The notes beneath the pieces were generated by a model. The model ran no database searches. It saw only the letters and a list, made by a program, of their open reading frames with translations, and was not told the DNA's origin. DNA of 63,673 nt, the filler included, from Reclinomonas americana ATCC 50394 (lineage: Eukaryota), in NCBI GenBank assembly GCA_048213135.1. It is 7 parts of 4 records of this genome, joined end to end, with 100 filler letters (N's around TTAATTAATTAA, not from the genome) between each part and the next. Parts side by side here need not be neighbours in the genome. Positions count along the whole stretch, not along the records: positions 61,844 to 63,673 come from PS015194.1; 6 more parts are not named here. One strand, 5' to 3'. Shown in pieces: positions 61,946 to 63,673 of the stretch (the first letter of the stretch is position 1; each line of letters begins with the position of its first letter). Position numbers and translations under genes: made by a program.

Positions 61946-62567
61946 GAGTCTCGTCGCCACCTGGTCAACCAGCACTTCCGCAAGATCTCCATGGTGATGG
62001 ATTGCGTCGGGTGCGAAAAGTGCCGCATGTGGTCCAAGCTGCAGACACTCGGCATCGCCACCGCCCTCAAGATCATGATGTCCGACACGCCGCTGGCGTT
62101 GGTCAACATGGAGCGCAACGAGATCATTGTTGCGTGCCTCCCCTCCGTCACCTCTGTTGACCCGTTTGCTGACACGCACGTGCGTGCGCACAGGCGCTGG
62201 TGAACACGGCGCAACACTGGGGCGAGTCCATCGAGGCAATTCGCGAGATGCGCGAAATGCAATGGATGGTATCGTCGTTCGGGCGCTTGTGTGGGCATCA
62301 CAACAACACTCCTGATTCATTCTCTCCCTCTTGCAGGCCACCGTGTCGTCCACCGTCTCGGTGGCTGCCGTCGGTCTCCTCGCGCTCACGGCGTTGTACA
62401 TGACGGTGCTGTGCCTGCGGACGCTACGAAAGAGTCGTCCCGCCGCCGCCGCCGCCTCGTCGGCGACTGCCTCGAGGTCGTCACCCTCCATCAATGGCAG
62501 CGGCAGCGGCGCCTCTGCCACTGTCAACGGCACGGTTGCCGAGTCAGAAGACGCCAAGACCAAATAA
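61946..62567 (+). CDS. ERO1: ER oxidoreductin 1, 3' part, with a C-terminal hydrophobic helix
   Basis: [34 protein letters not shown] (CxxCxxC motif) and ERNEII|ALVNT; stop TAA. Confidence 0.93.
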
Positions 62568-62798
62568 ACACGAATTCTTTAGCCCTAGCTTTCATTCATC
62601 GTGCCGCACGCACACACACACCCGGGGCGAGTTGAGAGAGATGCTGACGTGTCCCCCCTTCTTGATGAAGAGAAGGACCGTCGCTCGCCAGGCGGTGCGT
62701 GGACAGATTCGCAAAAGCAACAAGCATTCACGCAAACAAACAACACACAAACAAACACAGAGGAGTGGAGAAAAAAAACAACATGATACAACGAGAGC

Positions 62799-63175
62799 TC
62801 ACGGCACACGGACATTGGCCTTGGGCAATCTAGGTGAGGCAGCCGATGGCGCCGGTACTGTGCCTTCCCTCTCGCCCTTGCGTCTCTGCTGTCGTGCACG
62901 ATGCGCGGGCACAGGTCGTGAGGGTAATGATTCGTCGCCCACGTCGTCCTTGACCTTGGCCGCCTCCACCCGCAAAATCTCCAGCTGTCTCCTCTGCTCC
63001 TCGTTCAGATCGGCCAACTCTTGTTGATGCTGATGTTGTTGTTGTTGCTCCGCAGCCGCCGCCGCCGCCTGTGCTGCGGCCGGTCGACTGTTTAGTGCCG
63101 CGCCACTCTCCACGGTTTTCAGGTACTGGTGCCAGTGTCGCACGAATGGGATGGCGTGCATGCTGGCGGCGTCCC
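62799..63175 (-). CDS. 3' exon of an unknown gene whose 5' part is unresolved
   Basis: Acceptor after a long pyrimidine tract, then DAASMHAIPFVRHWHQYLKTVESG...ELADLNEEQRRQLEILRVEA. Confidence 0.5.
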
Positions 63176-63673
63176 TGGGTAGGAAGGGAAGGGGAAGGGG
63201 TGAGGGAAAGGGGAGGGAAAGGGTGGGGTGAGATGAGGGACAAGGGAGGGAGAGAAAGGGAATGGGGGAAGAGGGAAGGGGGAATGGGAGAGGGAAAGGG
63301 GAAGACATGGGGCAACCGACGCAATAGGAAACGAGAGAGCAACCGCTGTCTCCGAGACTTCCGCTCTCTACCCATCCTCTCTTCACACACACCGATGCGC
63401 TCACCAGTACTCCACAACACATCACTCTCTCCTCGCTCTCTTGCACACACAACACTCGCTCTCAGTGGCTCTCCTGCAACACATCATATGAACGGAGAAA
63501 GGGTAGAGCGAGTGCTCGTGTGAGAGAGACAAGGGAGAGAGCAGGAGCCTCGGAGACAGTAATCCTCAACAGTGTGTGTCAACAGCGTCGTTCTCTCTCT
63601 CGCACGCTGACTTGCTTTCCTATTCATTCACCACTCGCTCCGCAACACTCCATCTCTCCTCGCTCTCTCTCTC

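Overview
GC-rich, intron-dense nuclear DNA from a unicellular eukaryote (lineage not identifiable from this window). It uses the standard genetic code and is a draft scaffold with N-gaps and artificial N-TTAATTAATTAA-N spacers. About 20 compact genes or gene fragments are present, mostly with 55-110 nt GT-AG introns. They include a large type-I membrane protein (4x FN3-like/NHL-propeller, 2 cadherin-like domains, TM), an HD-domain hydrolase, a neutral sphingomyelinase 2 (SMPD3)-like gene, TRM1, a RAD54-family helicase, a two-box HMGB protein, a TPR protein, a secreted Cys-rich protein, a PH-domain protein and the 3' end of ERO1. Main observation: there are two 5' splice-site classes. When the exon ends in G, the donor is conventional (GTGCG, GTGAG, GTTTG, GTACG...). 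When it ends in A, C or T, the donor is usually a one-base-shifted motif: GTTGCG, with rarer GTTGAG and GTTACG. I count 33 such donors by hand, none preceded by G, and homologous introns in duplicated repeats switch class with the last exon base. Five small gap-bounded contigs are reverse-complemented in place and split four genes across strands, most likely an assembly orientation error. All gene models and counts were made by hand and need RNA-seq confirmation.
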